From Clostridiales bacterium (GTDB lineage: Bacteria; Bacillota; Clostridia; Lachnospirales; Lachnospiraceae), in assembly GCA_963604695.1 (NCBI GenBank), contig CAVCTH010000001.1, forward strand, positions 1 through 46,150: DNA of 46,150 nucleotides. Reading direction: 5' to 3'. The notes beneath the pieces were generated by a model, which saw only the letters and a list, made by a program, of their open reading frames with translations, ran no database searches and had not been told where the DNA came from. The position numbers and the translations under genes are program-made. Positions 10,201-19,661 of this stretch are shown one piece after another (within the stretch, counting starts at the first letter, position 1; each line of letters begins with the position of its first letter).

Positions 10201-10882
10201 TGAAATAATATCCTACTCCCCATTTGGTATGTACATATTTCGGTTCGCTTGGATTCTTCTCAATCTTCTCACGCAGTCTCCGGATATGCACATCCACCGT
10301 TCTTACGTCACCGGGATAATCGTATCCCCATACCGCATTCAGCAGATGGTCACGGCTGTATACTTTGTTGGGATTCAGAGCCATCAGCTCCAGAAGGTCG
10401 AATTCCTTGGCTGTCAGGTTGATCTCCCGTCCCTCAATGGAAAGTCTGCGGCTGTCGCAGTCCATATGAAGATCGCCCTTATCCACTACCTTCGGATTTT
10501 CTTTTTCCGGGGTCTTTTTCTTTGTTCTGCGGATGATGGCCTTGATTCTTGCCTTCACTTCCAGAATATTAAAGGGTTTCGTAATATAATCGTCCGCACC
10601 ATATTCCAGGCCCAGAATCTTATCCATATCGTCGCCTTTGGCTGTGAGCATAATGACCGGAACCGTGGAAAATTCCCGGATTTGCTGGCACACTTCAAAG
10701 CCGTCCAGTTTGGGCAGCATCACATCCAGTAAAATAATATCGTATTCATTCGCCTTTATTTTCTCTACTGCCTCTTCTCCGTCATAGGCGCAGTCCACTT
10801 CCATGCCGTCCTGCTCCAGACTGAAACGGATTCCTTTCACAATCAGCTTTTCATCATCCACCACTAATACTCTCTGTGCCAT
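10193..10882 (-). CDS. OmpR-family response regulator (WalR/YycF-like)
   Basis: Motifs VLVVDDE, LLDVMLP, GADDYITKPF and winged-helix RTVDVHIRRLREKIE...WGVGYYF. Confidence 0.95.
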   Translation of the reverse strand: MAQRVLVVDDEKLIVKGIRFSLEQDGMEVDCAYDGEEAVEKIKANEYDIILLDVMLPKLDGFEVCQQIREFSTVPVIMLTAKGDDMDKILGLEYGADDYITKPFNILEVKARIKAIIRRTKKKTPEKENPKVVDKGDLHMDCDSRRLSIEGREINLTAKEFDLLELMALNPNKVYSRDHLLNAVWGYDYPGDVRTVDVHIRRLREKIEKNPSEPKYVHTKWGVGYYFNV

Positions 10883-10892
10883 CTCTGTCTCC

Positions 10893-11369
10893 TCAACGAA
10901 CTTTTATCTGGTCTTTGATCTTTGCATAAATGCCTTCCTTGATGCCCGCAATCTGCATGATATCCTCGGGATTTTCAAAGGAACCATGCTCCTCACGGAA
11001 TGCGATAATCGCATTGGCCCGGCTCTCACCCACACCTTTTAGCGTGGTCAGTTCTTCCACTCCGGCGGTATTGATATTGATCCGACCATCCTCCGGGACT
11101 GCTTCCGGCGCTGCCTCTGCCTCCTGAACCGCAGGTTCCGTCTGCACATCTGCTGCCTGCGATGAAACTTCCGGCATATCATTCTGCTGCCCGGCAGATT
11201 CCTGTATCACAGCCGGTTCGACTCCGGCCGTCTCCTCCTGGCAGATGAAGGCAAACTCCTCCCCTTTTCCGCGAAAACCGCAGAAAGAAACACTGCAGCC
11301 GGTCAGACAGCCACAGAGCAGAACAAGCAGCCCCGCCATGGCAGGGCGCAATTTCTTTATGCATCTCAT
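10893..11369 (-). CDS. comEA: ComEA-type helix-hairpin-helix DNA receptor
   Basis: C-terminal ININTAGVEELTTLKGVGESRANAII...GSF...DIMQIAGIKEG; N-terminal signal with LTGC; first gene of the operon containing comEC. Confidence 0.85.
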   Translation of the reverse strand: MRCIKKLRPAMAGLLVLLCGCLTGCSVSFCGFRGKGEEFAFICQEETAGVEPAVIQESAGQQNDMPEVSSQAADVQTEPAVQEAEAAPEAVPEDGRININTAGVEELTTLKGVGESRANAIIAFREEHGSFENPEDIMQIAGIKEGIYAKIKDQIKVR

Positions 11370-11411
11370 ACGCTTCTCCTGTCCGGAGAAAGCCTTTTAT
11401 GTCCTTTCTTT

Positions 11412-11440
11412 ATTGTAGCGGACTTACCCCGGAAAAACAA
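11412..11440 (-). promoter_or_regulatory. SigA-like promoter of the comEA operon
   Basis: TTGTTT-17 nt-TACAAT upstream of comEA. Confidence 0.5.
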
Positions 11441-11450
11441 GCAGAATCTT

Positions 11451-11885
11451 CTACGTTTCCCACTCAAAAATCACCACGCCCGCCACGGCAATGAGAAGCC
11501 CGATGAGCTTCCGCAGGGAAAAATCCGCCTTCTCCACGCCAAACATGCCCAGAAGCTCGATGCCCCAGGAAACGGTCAGCTGTGCAATGACAATGAGCAT
11601 GGTTGCCTTGGCCGGGCCAAGAGCCGACATGCCCTGAATAACCGTATACGTGATAAAAGCACCAATGACGCCGCCCAGCAGCATGTATTTAGGCGTCACC
11701 TGTACCGCGGTCAGGAGATTCTGCCGGTCAAAACAGGCCCAGATGGCAAGGCAGGTGAGCAGAGCTGAAAACTGCACCCAGGAAGCCGACACCCAGACGC
11801 TGCTCTGTCTGGTCACCTCCGTGTTAAATACCCCCTGAATACTCATAAGCGCACCCGATAAAAGGGCAATAAAAAATCCAATCAC
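11451..11885 (-). CDS. DMT-superfamily (YdcZ/DUF606-like) small membrane transporter
   Basis: Five hydrophobic segments; motifs SIQGVFN, YMLLGGVIG and IVIAQL; GTG start after GGAGG. Confidence 0.8.
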   Translation of the reverse strand: MIGFFIALLSGALMSIQGVFNTEVTRQSSVWVSASWVQFSALLTCLAIWACFDRQNLLTAVQVTPKYMLLGGVIGAFITYTVIQGMSALGPAKATMLIVIAQLTVSWGIELLGMFGVEKADFSLRKLIGLLIAVAGVVIFEWET

Positions 11886-11908
11886 AAGAACTACCTCCTT
11901 TTCTTTGG

Positions 11909-11938
11909 AAGTATGTCCTCATGATTGGAATCTTATAC
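11909..11938 (-). promoter_or_regulatory. SigG-like (forespore) promoter of the DMT gene
   Basis: GTATA-N18-CATACTT versus the SigG consensus GHATA-N18-CATAHTA. Confidence 0.55.
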
Positions 11939-13170
11939 TAATCCAGTCTGGTTGACAGAAGCTCGGAAAATGCCTGCATCTTTTCGGAAGCGTCTTCCCC
12001 TCTCCAGATATCGGCAAGGGTCACTTCCAGATTCAGCCACATATCCGAAAGTTCCATAATCTTCGGAACCTCCTGGGCCTTGTCATAAGCCTCGCATACC
12101 GTCTGCCATGCCGGTGTGGGTTCTTCGGAAAGTTTCCGGTAAGCCGGCAGCTTTCCGGCACTCTCATAGAGGGAACCTGCTGCAGTTTCCGTCATATAGG
12201 ATGCAATGGCCTCTGCCGCGCTCACATTGACCGAGTAAGGATTGACCACAATGGAATTGGTCACGGACAATCCTCTCGCCTGCAGATCCGGCGTCAGATC
12301 CGGCAACGCTGCTGCTCCATAGAAATCACTGTCCACCGCCTTGTCAATCTGCGCCAGCATGGGCACGTTGACGATGGCATAGACGGTCTTTCCGTCCACA
12401 AATTTCTGCATAATATCCTGGGAACTGATGGTATCCGCATCAATGGCGAAGAAACTGTTCAGGTTCTGATAGTAGGCCATGCACTCCCCGATCTTATCCA
12501 GATCCAGGGATACCTGACTCTTATCGTCCCCGTTCTCTCCGCCCAGATCCGTGTAAGCACCCATGAACATGAAGTTTTCCAGTACGTCCGCCACATTCCA
12601 CTCGAAAATGGTCTCCACATCCGCATTGGTGTCGTCCATCTCAAAATTTTCCGCATAGGATAAAATATCGTCAATGGTGGCCGGAACCTGATCTGTCACG
12701 CCCTTATTGTACACCAGGAAGCTGGTCTCAATGTAAAAGGGCCTTGCAATGACTTTTCCGTCATAGGTCACCGCATGCAGCGCTTTTTCCCCGTAGGAAT
12801 CTGCAAAGCGGCTTCCATCCAGTGTCGTAGTCAGTCCTGCCAGGGCTGCCTTTTCCAGCAGAGAGCTGGAAGTAATGTAAAGATCCGGTCCGGACATGGT
12901 CTCCGCAATGGATTTCTCACTGATATTTTCAATATAATCCACCTCGGACACCAGCTCTGTCTGAATCTCCACACCATAGGCGGCCGCCGCCTGGGCTGCC
13001 GTCTCTTCCATATAGGTCTGAATATCCGGATCTGTGTACCAGACAAGGATCGGTCTTGTCTCTTCAAGTTCCACCTGCGGCTTCTGATTCTTTTGACTGG
13101 TATGAACGATCTCCGCTCCCAGTACCAGCACCACCAGGGTCACCAGGATTCCAAGAAACTTCTTTGACAT
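11938..13170 (-). CDS. Extracellular solute-binding protein (sugar/maltodextrin-type ABC SBP-like)
   Basis: N-terminal TM anchor; motifs GPDLYI, VTYDGKVIARPFYIETSFLVYNK and PATIDDI; no permease genes nearby. Confidence 0.75.
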   Translation of the reverse strand: MSKKFLGILVTLVVLVLGAEIVHTSQKNQKPQVELEETRPILVWYTDPDIQTYMEETAAQAAAAYGVEIQTELVSEVDYIENISEKSIAETMSGPDLYITSSSLLEKAALAGLTTTLDGSRFADSYGEKALHAVTYDGKVIARPFYIETSFLVYNKGVTDQVPATIDDILSYAENFEMDDTNADVETIFEWNVADVLENFMFMGAYTDLGGENGDDKSQVSLDLDKIGECMAYYQNLNSFFAIDADTISSQDIMQKFVDGKTVYAIVNVPMLAQIDKAVDSDFYGAAALPDLTPDLQARGLSVTNSIVVNPYSVNVSAAEAIASYMTETAAGSLYESAGKLPAYRKLSEEPTPAWQTVCEAYDKAQEVPKIMELSDMWLNLEVTLADIWRGEDASEKMQAFSELLSTRLD

Positions 13171-13182
13171 GCCGTCCCCTTT

Positions 13183-14367
13183 CTAAAAACATTTCTCCAG
13201 TTTGGTAATCATTTCATCCACGTCTGCCTCGGTGATGACCAGCGGCGGAACAAAACGAAGCACGTCGCTTCCTGCCGTGATGATGATAAGGCCTTCCTCC
13301 AGCGCGCGGTTTACGATCTCACCGATGGGTCTTCCTTCTACTTCCAGGCCCTGGATCAGTCCTTTTCCGCGGCGTTCTTTCAGGAAATCATACTTATCCA
13401 CCAGAGCATTTAATTTCTGCTCCAGATATCCACCGACTTTCTTTACATGGTCCACAATCTGTTCCTTTTCATAAAGATCAAATACTTTGCTGACTGCCGC
13501 GCAGACGAACGGGTTGCCGCCATAGGTGGTGCCGTGATCGCCCGGTGCCAGAGAAGCGTCTGCCACTTTTTTGCCAAGGACAAATGCGCCTACCGGAACA
13601 CCGCAGCCCAGTGCCTTTGCACAGGTCATGACATCCGGCTCCACGCCGTACTCCTGCCATGCAAACATGTATCCGGTTCTTCCCATACCACACTGAATCT
13701 CATCGAGAATCAGGATCAGATCTTTCTCCTCGCAGAGCGCTTTCACACCTTTTAAGAACGCTTCCGTTGCCGGATAGATGCCGCCCTCACCCTGAACGGT
13801 CTCCAGAATGATGGCACAGGTCTTCTCATTAACCTGGTTCTTCACGCTCTCCAGATCATTGTAATCTGCAAAGCGCACACCGCCGATCAGCGGCTCGAAA
13901 GGCTTTCTGTATTTCTCATTGCCGGTCACGGACAGAGCGCCAAGGCTTCTTCCGTGGAAGGAATGATTCATGGCAACGATCTCATAACGATCCTCGCCGT
14001 ATTTTGCATAAGAATATTTTCTTGCTGCTTTAAGCGCACCCTCAATGGCCTCAGTACCGCTGTTGGTGAAAAACACCTTCTCCAGTCCACTGGCTTTTTT
14101 TACCTTCTCTGCTGCTTCTGCCATGGGAACAGAATAATAGAGATTGGAAATATGGGTCAGCTTGTCGATCTGGTCTTTCAGTGCCTGGGTGTATTCCTTA
14201 TTGTTATATCCCAGGGACTGGACTGCAATCCCTGCTGCGAAATCCAGGTACTCTTTTCCGTTTACATCATAGAGATGCACGCCTTCTCCCCGGTCCAGTA
14301 CGATCTGATACCGGTTATAGGTATGGAGAATGACCTCCTCTGCTTCTTCAATATATGGATTACTCAT
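13183..14367 (-). CDS. argD: Acetylornithine aminotransferase
   Basis: Motifs [35 protein letters not shown] lysine in CAKALG, and HGTTYGGNP; located in the arg operon. Confidence 0.93.
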   Translation of the reverse strand: MSNPYIEEAEEVILHTYNRYQIVLDRGEGVHLYDVNGKEYLDFAAGIAVQSLGYNNKEYTQALKDQIDKLTHISNLYYSVPMAEAAEKVKKASGLEKVFFTNSGTEAIEGALKAARKYSYAKYGEDRYEIVAMNHSFHGRSLGALSVTGNEKYRKPFEPLIGGVRFADYNDLESVKNQVNEKTCAIILETVQGEGGIYPATEAFLKGVKALCEEKDLILILDEIQCGMGRTGYMFAWQEYGVEPDVMTCAKALGCGVPVGAFVLGKKVADASLAPGDHGTTYGGNPFVCAAVSKVFDLYEKEQIVDHVKKVGGYLEQKLNALVDKYDFLKERRGKGLIQGLEVEGRPIGEIVNRALEEGLIIITAGSDVLRFVPPLVITEADVDEMITKLEKCF

Positions 14368-15256
14368 GATAGAATTTTTCCTCCGTATCTCCTAAAATAG
14401 CGGTGCCGACACCACGGTCAGAGAAGATCTCCATCAGAATACTGTGGGGGATTCTTCCGTCGATGATGTGGACTCTGGATACACCTGCCTCGATGGCATC
14501 AATGCAGTTGGACAGCTTCGGAAGCATGCCGCCGCCGATGGTTCCGCCTGCAATCAGTTCTTTTGCTTCGCTTACCTTGATCTCGGAGATCAGGGAGCTC
14601 TTATCGTTGAAATCTCTGTAAAGTCCCTCAATATCGGTCAGGAATGCCAGCTTGTTGGCTCCTACCGCACGGGCAACCGCGCAGGCTGCATCATCCGCGT
14701 TGATATTGTAGGTGTTGAACTCATCATCCAGTCCTACCGGGCAGATAATCGGAAGAAAATCCTTCTCCATCAGGTCAAACAGAATCTTCGGATCGACCTC
14801 GGTGATCTCGCCCACATAACCGATATCCTTGCCGTCGGAATATTTCTTCTTTACTTTCAGAAGACCGCCGTCTTTTCCGCTGAGGCCGATGGCTTTGACA
14901 CCCAGGGATTCTACCATGGTCACCAGGCTCTTGTTGACCCGGCCCAGTACCATCTCGGCGATTTCCATGGTCTCTTCATCGGTGACACGAAGTCCGTTGA
15001 TGAACTCCGGCTCTTTTCCGACTTTTCCGACCCATTTACTGATTTCCTTACCGCCGCCATGTACGATGATCGGTTTGAAGCCGACCAGCTTTAACAGGGT
15101 AACGTCGCTGATGACGCTCTTTTTCAGGTTCTCGTCCACCATGGCGCTTCCGCCGTATTTGACAACGATTACTTTCCGGTTAAATTTCTGAATATAAGGA
15201 AGCGCCTCTACCAGGACGGCCGCTTTCTCCAGATATTTTTCATCATCTTTTCTCAT
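14360..15256 (-). CDS. argB: Acetylglutamate kinase
   Basis: Motifs [25 protein letters not shown] and GGMLPK. Confidence 0.97.
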   Translation of the reverse strand: MRKDDEKYLEKAAVLVEALPYIQKFNRKVIVVKYGGSAMVDENLKKSVISDVTLLKLVGFKPIIVHGGGKEISKWVGKVGKEPEFINGLRVTDEETMEIAEMVLGRVNKSLVTMVESLGVKAIGLSGKDGGLLKVKKKYSDGKDIGYVGEITEVDPKILFDLMEKDFLPIICPVGLDDEFNTYNINADDAACAVARAVGANKLAFLTDIEGLYRDFNDKSSLISEIKVSEAKELIAGGTIGGGMLPKLSNCIDAIEAGVSRVHIIDGRIPHSILMEIFSDRGVGTAILGDTEEKFYHE

Positions 15257-15282
15257 CTCTTTACTCCTCTCGTGTCCAGGAC

Positions 15283-16509
15283 TTAGCTTCTGTAATCTGC
15301 ATTGATATCCACATACTTATGGGTCAGGTCACAGCCCCATGCGGTTGCTGTACAGTCCCCCATTTTCACATCGGCGATGGCTGTCACATAATTCTCAGAG
15401 AGAATCTTCGTTGCCGCTTCCTCGCTGTATCCGGTAGACACGCCGTTCTCGATAATCTTCAGCTTTCCGGCCGCACTCTCAAAATAGAGATCTACTTTCT
15501 CCGGGTCGAACTGTGCTCCGGAATATCCCATGGCACACAGGATTCTGCCCCAGTTGGCGTCATGTCCGTAGATGGCTGCTTTGGTCAGGGTAGACATGAC
15601 AACGGATTTACTTAAGGTCACAGCCTGCTCCTTACTCTCGGCGCCGATGACCTTCACCTCGAAGAGACAGGTGGCGCCCTCGCCGTCTCCGGCGATCTTC
15701 TTGGACAGTTCGGTATTTACATAGTTGAGCGCCTTCTTAAACTCTGCATATTCCGGGCTGTTCTCATCATCGATAACCGGATTCTCTGCCATGCCGTTGG
15801 CCAGCAGAAGCACCGTATCATTGGTGGAGGTATCGCCGTCCACGGAAATCATATTGAAAGTATCTTTGATATCATCAGAAAGTGCTTTCTGCAGCAGTTC
15901 TTTGGTGATGGCTGCGTCGGTGGTGATGAATCCAAGCATGGTACACATATTCGGGTGAATCATACCGGAACCTTTACACATACCGCCGATGGTGACGGTC
16001 CTGCCGCCAATCTCGATCTGTGCGCCCGCATATTTCGGCTTCGTGTCGGTGGTCATGATGGCTTTGGCTGCCTCCAGGCCTTCCTCCTCGCTGCCGCTTT
16101 TGGCTGCTGCCAGTTTTTCCACGCCTGCTGCAATGCGGTCCATAGGAAGCTGCATACCGATGACTCCGGTGGAGGCTACCAGCACGGAATCCTCCGGCAC
16201 GTGCAGCGCCTTGGCTGCTGCCTCTGCGGTCTCCTTACAGTATCCATATCCTTCTGCTCCGGTGCAGGCATTGGCAATACCGGAGTTGATGATCACTGCC
16301 TGTGCGGCCGGTGAATGATAAACTATCGTTTGGTCCCATTTTACCGGGGCTGCCTTTACCACATTGGTCGTGAAGGTTCCGGCTGCCACACAGGGAGCTT
16401 CGCTGTAAACCAGCGCCATATCCTTCCGGTTTTTGTATTTGATCTGTGCTTCCACAGATGCCGCTTCATATCCTTTTGCTGCGGTGACTCCGCCTGTAAT
16501 GATCTTCAT
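15283..16509 (-). CDS. argJ: Ornithine acetyltransferase / N-acetylglutamate synthase
   Basis: Motifs [45 protein letters not shown] and [10 protein letters not shown]. Confidence 0.97.
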   Translation of the reverse strand: MKIITGGVTAAKGYEAASVEAQIKYKNRKDMALVYSEAPCVAAGTFTTNVVKAAPVKWDQTIVYHSPAAQAVIINSGIANACTGAEGYGYCKETAEAAAKALHVPEDSVLVASTGVIGMQLPMDRIAAGVEKLAAAKSGSEEEGLEAAKAIMTTDTKPKYAGAQIEIGGRTVTIGGMCKGSGMIHPNMCTMLGFITTDAAITKELLQKALSDDIKDTFNMISVDGDTSTNDTVLLLANGMAENPVIDDENSPEYAEFKKALNYVNTELSKKIAGDGEGATCLFEVKVIGAESKEQAVTLSKSVVMSTLTKAAIYGHDANWGRILCAMGYSGAQFDPEKVDLYFESAAGKLKIIENGVSTGYSEEAATKILSENYVTAIADVKMGDCTATAWGCDLTHKYVDINADYRS

Positions 16510-16515
16510 GGTTCC

Positions 16516-16968
16516 TTAATCCTCCTCAATAAATGCGGTAATATTTGCTTCATTCAATGTAAAATCATAATAGTTCAGATCCTCACGCTCCGTCCAGCCG
16601 ATCTTGTTCCAGAATGCATTTCCAATGTCATTTTTCGTAAATGCAATGAGGGTGACTTTGTTGATCTCTTCCTTCCGGAGTGCTTCCATGCAGGCAACTA
16701 CCATGGCTTTTCCCACGCCGTGGCGGCGGTAGCCTTTTCTCACGCATACATGATAGAGACATCCCCGTCTTCCATCATGTCCGCAGAGAATGGCGCCGAT
16801 CAGGGTATCTCCATCCCAGGCCGTCACACTGGTGGTGGGATTTCGCTTCAGAAAGCGGGCAACTCCTTCTCTGGAATCGTCAATGCTTCGGATTCCGAAG
16901 CCCTTGATCGTCATCCACAGTTCATATAATTTATCGTAATCTTCCGCTTTCATTACCCGGATTTCCAT
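16516..16968 (-). CDS. GNAT acetyltransferase (YpeA-like)
   Basis: CGHDGRRGCLYHVCV, acetyl-CoA motif YRRHGVGK, and N..GNAFW..IGW. Confidence 0.85.
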   Translation of the reverse strand: MEIRVMKAEDYDKLYELWMTIKGFGIRSIDDSREGVARFLKRNPTTSVTAWDGDTLIGAILCGHDGRRGCLYHVCVRKGYRRHGVGKAMVVACMEALRKEEINKVTLIAFTKNDIGNAFWNKIGWTEREDLNYYDFTLNEANITAFIEED

Positions 16969-16992
16969 TGTATTTTCCTGCCTTTTCTTTAC

Positions 16993-18033
16993 TTACGGGA
17001 AGACCGGAGCCATGCGAAGGCCTTCCGCTTCCTCAAATCCGAACATGAGGTTCATGTTCTGTACTGCCTGTCCGGCTGCACCCTTTACCAGATTATCCAT
17101 AGCGCCCATCATAATGATACGCCTGGTTCTCGGATCAATCTTGAAGTTCACATCCACAAAATTGCTGCCTTCCACCCAGCGGGTCTGCGGGCAGACATCC
17201 TTATTTAACACGCGGACGAAGAACTCGTCTTTGTAATATTTGTCATATGCTGCCTTTACCTCTTCATAGGTAACGTCCTTTTTCAGGGATGCGTAAGCCG
17301 TTACCAGAATACCTCTCTGCATAGGTACCAGATGCGGGGTAAAGTTGATGAGTACCGGCTCGCCTGCCGCATAGCCTAACTGCTCCTCAATCTCCGGTGT
17401 GTGGCGGTGTCCTGCCACGCCGTAAGCCTTGATATTTTCATTGACCTCGCAGAACAGGTTGTCCACTTTGGCACCTCTTCCTGCGCCGGAAGTTCCGGAC
17501 TTGGCATCAATGATGATGGTGTTCGGATCAATGAGCCCTTCTTTCACACAGGGATAGATGGACAGGAAGCTGCAGGTAGGATAGCATCCCGGATTGGCTA
17601 CCAGTCTTGCTTTCTTTACTTTCTCCCGGTTCACCTCGCACAGTCCGTAAACCGCCTCTTCAATATACTGAGGTGCCTTGTGCTCGATGCCGTACCATTT
17701 CTCATAGACAGATACATCTTTAATACGGAAGTCCGCGCTCAGATCGATGATCTTTACTTTCTTTAAAATCTCTTCATTTACCAGAGACGCACACAGTCCC
17801 TGGGGTGTTGCCGTGAAAATCACGTCCACCTGGTCTGCCATTGCTTCCATATTATCATCCAGGCATTTGGCGTCTACCAGCTGAAACATATTCTGATATA
17901 CGGATGCATAGGCCTGATCCACATAACTTCTGGAACCGTACCATTTAATCTCTACATCCTTATGTCCAAGTAAAAGGCGTACCAGTTCGCCGCCTGCATA
18001 TCCGGTTGCTCCGATGATTCCTACTCTGACCAT
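16993..18033 (-). CDS. argC: N-acetyl-gamma-glutamyl-phosphate reductase
   Basis: Motifs GATGYAG, IDLSADFR, ANPGCYPT, SGTSGAG, HRHTPEI and DNLVKGAAGQAVQN. Confidence 0.98.
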   Translation of the reverse strand: MVRVGIIGATGYAGGELVRLLLGHKDVEIKWYGSRSYVDQAYASVYQNMFQLVDAKCLDDNMEAMADQVDVIFTATPQGLCASLVNEEILKKVKIIDLSADFRIKDVSVYEKWYGIEHKAPQYIEEAVYGLCEVNREKVKKARLVANPGCYPTCSFLSIYPCVKEGLIDPNTIIIDAKSGTSGAGRGAKVDNLFCEVNENIKAYGVAGHRHTPEIEEQLGYAAGEPVLINFTPHLVPMQRGILVTAYASLKKDVTYEEVKAAYDKYYKDEFFVRVLNKDVCPQTRWVEGSNFVDVNFKIDPRTRRIIMMGAMDNLVKGAAGQAVQNMNLMFGFEEAEGLRMAPVFP

Positions 18034-18093
18034 ATTCTCGTTCTCCCCGTTGTAAAATATAATAATGTTGTGTTGCGATTAGACAATAGATGT

Positions 18094-18122
18094 ATTGTAA
18101 ACCCCTTTTATCCTCTTTGCAA
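18094..18122 (-). promoter_or_regulatory. SigA promoter of the argC operon
   Basis: TTGCAA-17 nt-TACAAT. Confidence 0.7.
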
Positions 18123-18138
18123 GCCCTTTTCTTTAATT

Positions 18139-18156
18139 TTTGCATTTTTATTCATT
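18139..18156. promoter_or_regulatory. ARG box (ArgR/AhrC operator)
   Basis: TTTGCATTTTTATTCATT matches WNTGNATWWWWATNCANW; weaker boxes at about 18172-18186 and 18224-18237 lie between the divergent arg promoters. Confidence 0.75.
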
Positions 18157-18238
18157 CTATTTGCATATTTTTGAATTTTCTATGCATATACATAAAGTTT
18201 ATGCGTATAATTCCGGATTTTAATGTATAAAATTTCGC

Positions 18239-18267
18239 TTGCAGTTTTTAATAGGATGTTGTATATT
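18239..18267 (+). promoter_or_regulatory. SigA promoter of argG
   Basis: TTGCAG-17 nt-TATATT, abutting a degenerate ARG box. Confidence 0.6.
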
Positions 18268-18365
18268 GTAACTATTCGGAGCAAAAGTCAGGCTGCGAAG
18301 CAGCGGTTTTGCGAATGCGGCTCTGAATAAACGCATGAATTTACAATACGAGGAGGATTTATAAT

Positions 18366-19592
18366 ATGAAAGAAAAAGTTGTTCTTGCATATTCCGGTGG
18401 TCTGGATACTACCGCTATTATTCCGTGGCTGAAAGAGAATTTCGGTTATGACGTTATCTGCTGTTGTGTAGACTGCGGTCAGGGAAACGAGCTGGATGGC
18501 CTGGAGGAGAGAGCGAAAGCATCCGGAGCTGCTAAATTATATATTGAAGACATCGTTGATGAGTTCGCAGAGGACTACATCATGCCGTGCGTACAGGCAG
18601 GGGCTGTATACGAGAACAAATATCTTCTCGGAACTTCCATGGCTCGTCCGGTTATCGCAAAGAAGCTGGTTGAGATCGCAAGAAAAGAAGGCGCTTCCGC
18701 TATCTGCCACGGTGCTACCGGTAAGGGAAATGACCAGATCCGTTTTGAGCTGTCCATCAAAGCGCTTGCTCCGGACCTGAAGATCATCGCTCCCTGGAGA
18801 ATGACCGACGTCTGGACCATGCAGTCCCGTGACGACGAGATCGAATATTGTAAAAAACACGGCATTGACCTGCCCTTCGATCACAGCCACAGCTACAGCC
18901 GTGACCGCAACCTGTGGCACATCAGCCATGAGGGACTGGAGCTGGAAGATCCGGCCAACGAGCCGAACTACGAGCACATGCTGGTTCTTGGCGTAACTCC
19001 GGAGAAAGCACCGGATCAGCCGGAATATGTAACCATGACCTTTGAAAAAGGTGTTCCGACTTCCGTAAACGGCAAGAAGATGAAAGTCGCTGACATCATC
19101 AGAGAGCTGAACAAACTGGGCGGAAAACATGGGATCGGTATCGTGGATATCGTAGAGAACCGTGTGGTTGGTATGAAATCCCGTGGTGTATATGAGACTC
19201 CCGGCGGAACCATCCTGATGGAAGCTCACAAACAGCTGGAAGAGCTGGTACTTGACCGTGCTACCATGGAAGCTAAAAAAGATATGGGCAACAAAATGTC
19301 CCAGGTTGTATACGAAGGAAAATGGTTCACTCCGCTGTGCGATGCCATCCGTGCATTCGTAACCAGCACCCAGGAGTACGTAACCGGCGAAGTAAAATTC
19401 AAACTTTACAAAGGCAACATCATCAAAGCCGGAACCACTTCTCCGTACAGCCTCTACAATGAGTCCCTGGCATCCTTCACCACCGGTGATATGTATGACC
19501 ACCACGACGCAAGCGGATTCATCACCCTGTTCGGACTGCCGCTGAAAGTTCGTGCTATGAAGCTGATGGAAGCAAAAGAGAATCAGAAATAA
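18366..19592 (+). CDS. argG: Argininosuccinate synthase
   Basis: Motifs VVLAYSGGLDT, HGATGKGNDQIRFE and ENRVVGMKSRGVYETPG; GAGGAGG RBS. Confidence 0.98.
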   Translation: MKEKVVLAYSGGLDTTAIIPWLKENFGYDVICCCVDCGQGNELDGLEERAKASGAAKLYIEDIVDEFAEDYIMPCVQAGAVYENKYLLGTSMARPVIAKKLVEIARKEGASAICHGATGKGNDQIRFELSIKALAPDLKIIAPWRMTDVWTMQSRDDEIEYCKKHGIDLPFDHSHSYSRDRNLWHISHEGLELEDPANEPNYEHMLVLGVTPEKAPDQPEYVTMTFEKGVPTSVNGKKMKVADIIRELNKLGGKHGIGIVDIVENRVVGMKSRGVYETPGGTILMEAHKQLEELVLDRATMEAKKDMGNKMSQVVYEGKWFTPLCDAIRAFVTSTQEYVTGEVKFKLYKGNIIKAGTTSPYSLYNESLASFTTGDMYDHHDASGFITLFGLPLKVRAMKLMEAKENQK

Positions 19593-19610
19593 ATCCTGAA
19601 AACGTATCTA

Positions 19611-19650
19611 AAGAGGAGCATCTCCCAAATGGGAAATGCTCCTTCTTTTT
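19611..19650. terminator. Terminator between convergent argG and tex
   Basis: GGAGCATCTCCC-AAAT-GGGAAATGCTCC followed by TTCTTTTT. Confidence 0.75.
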
Positions 19651-19661
19651 GTTCTTCTATC

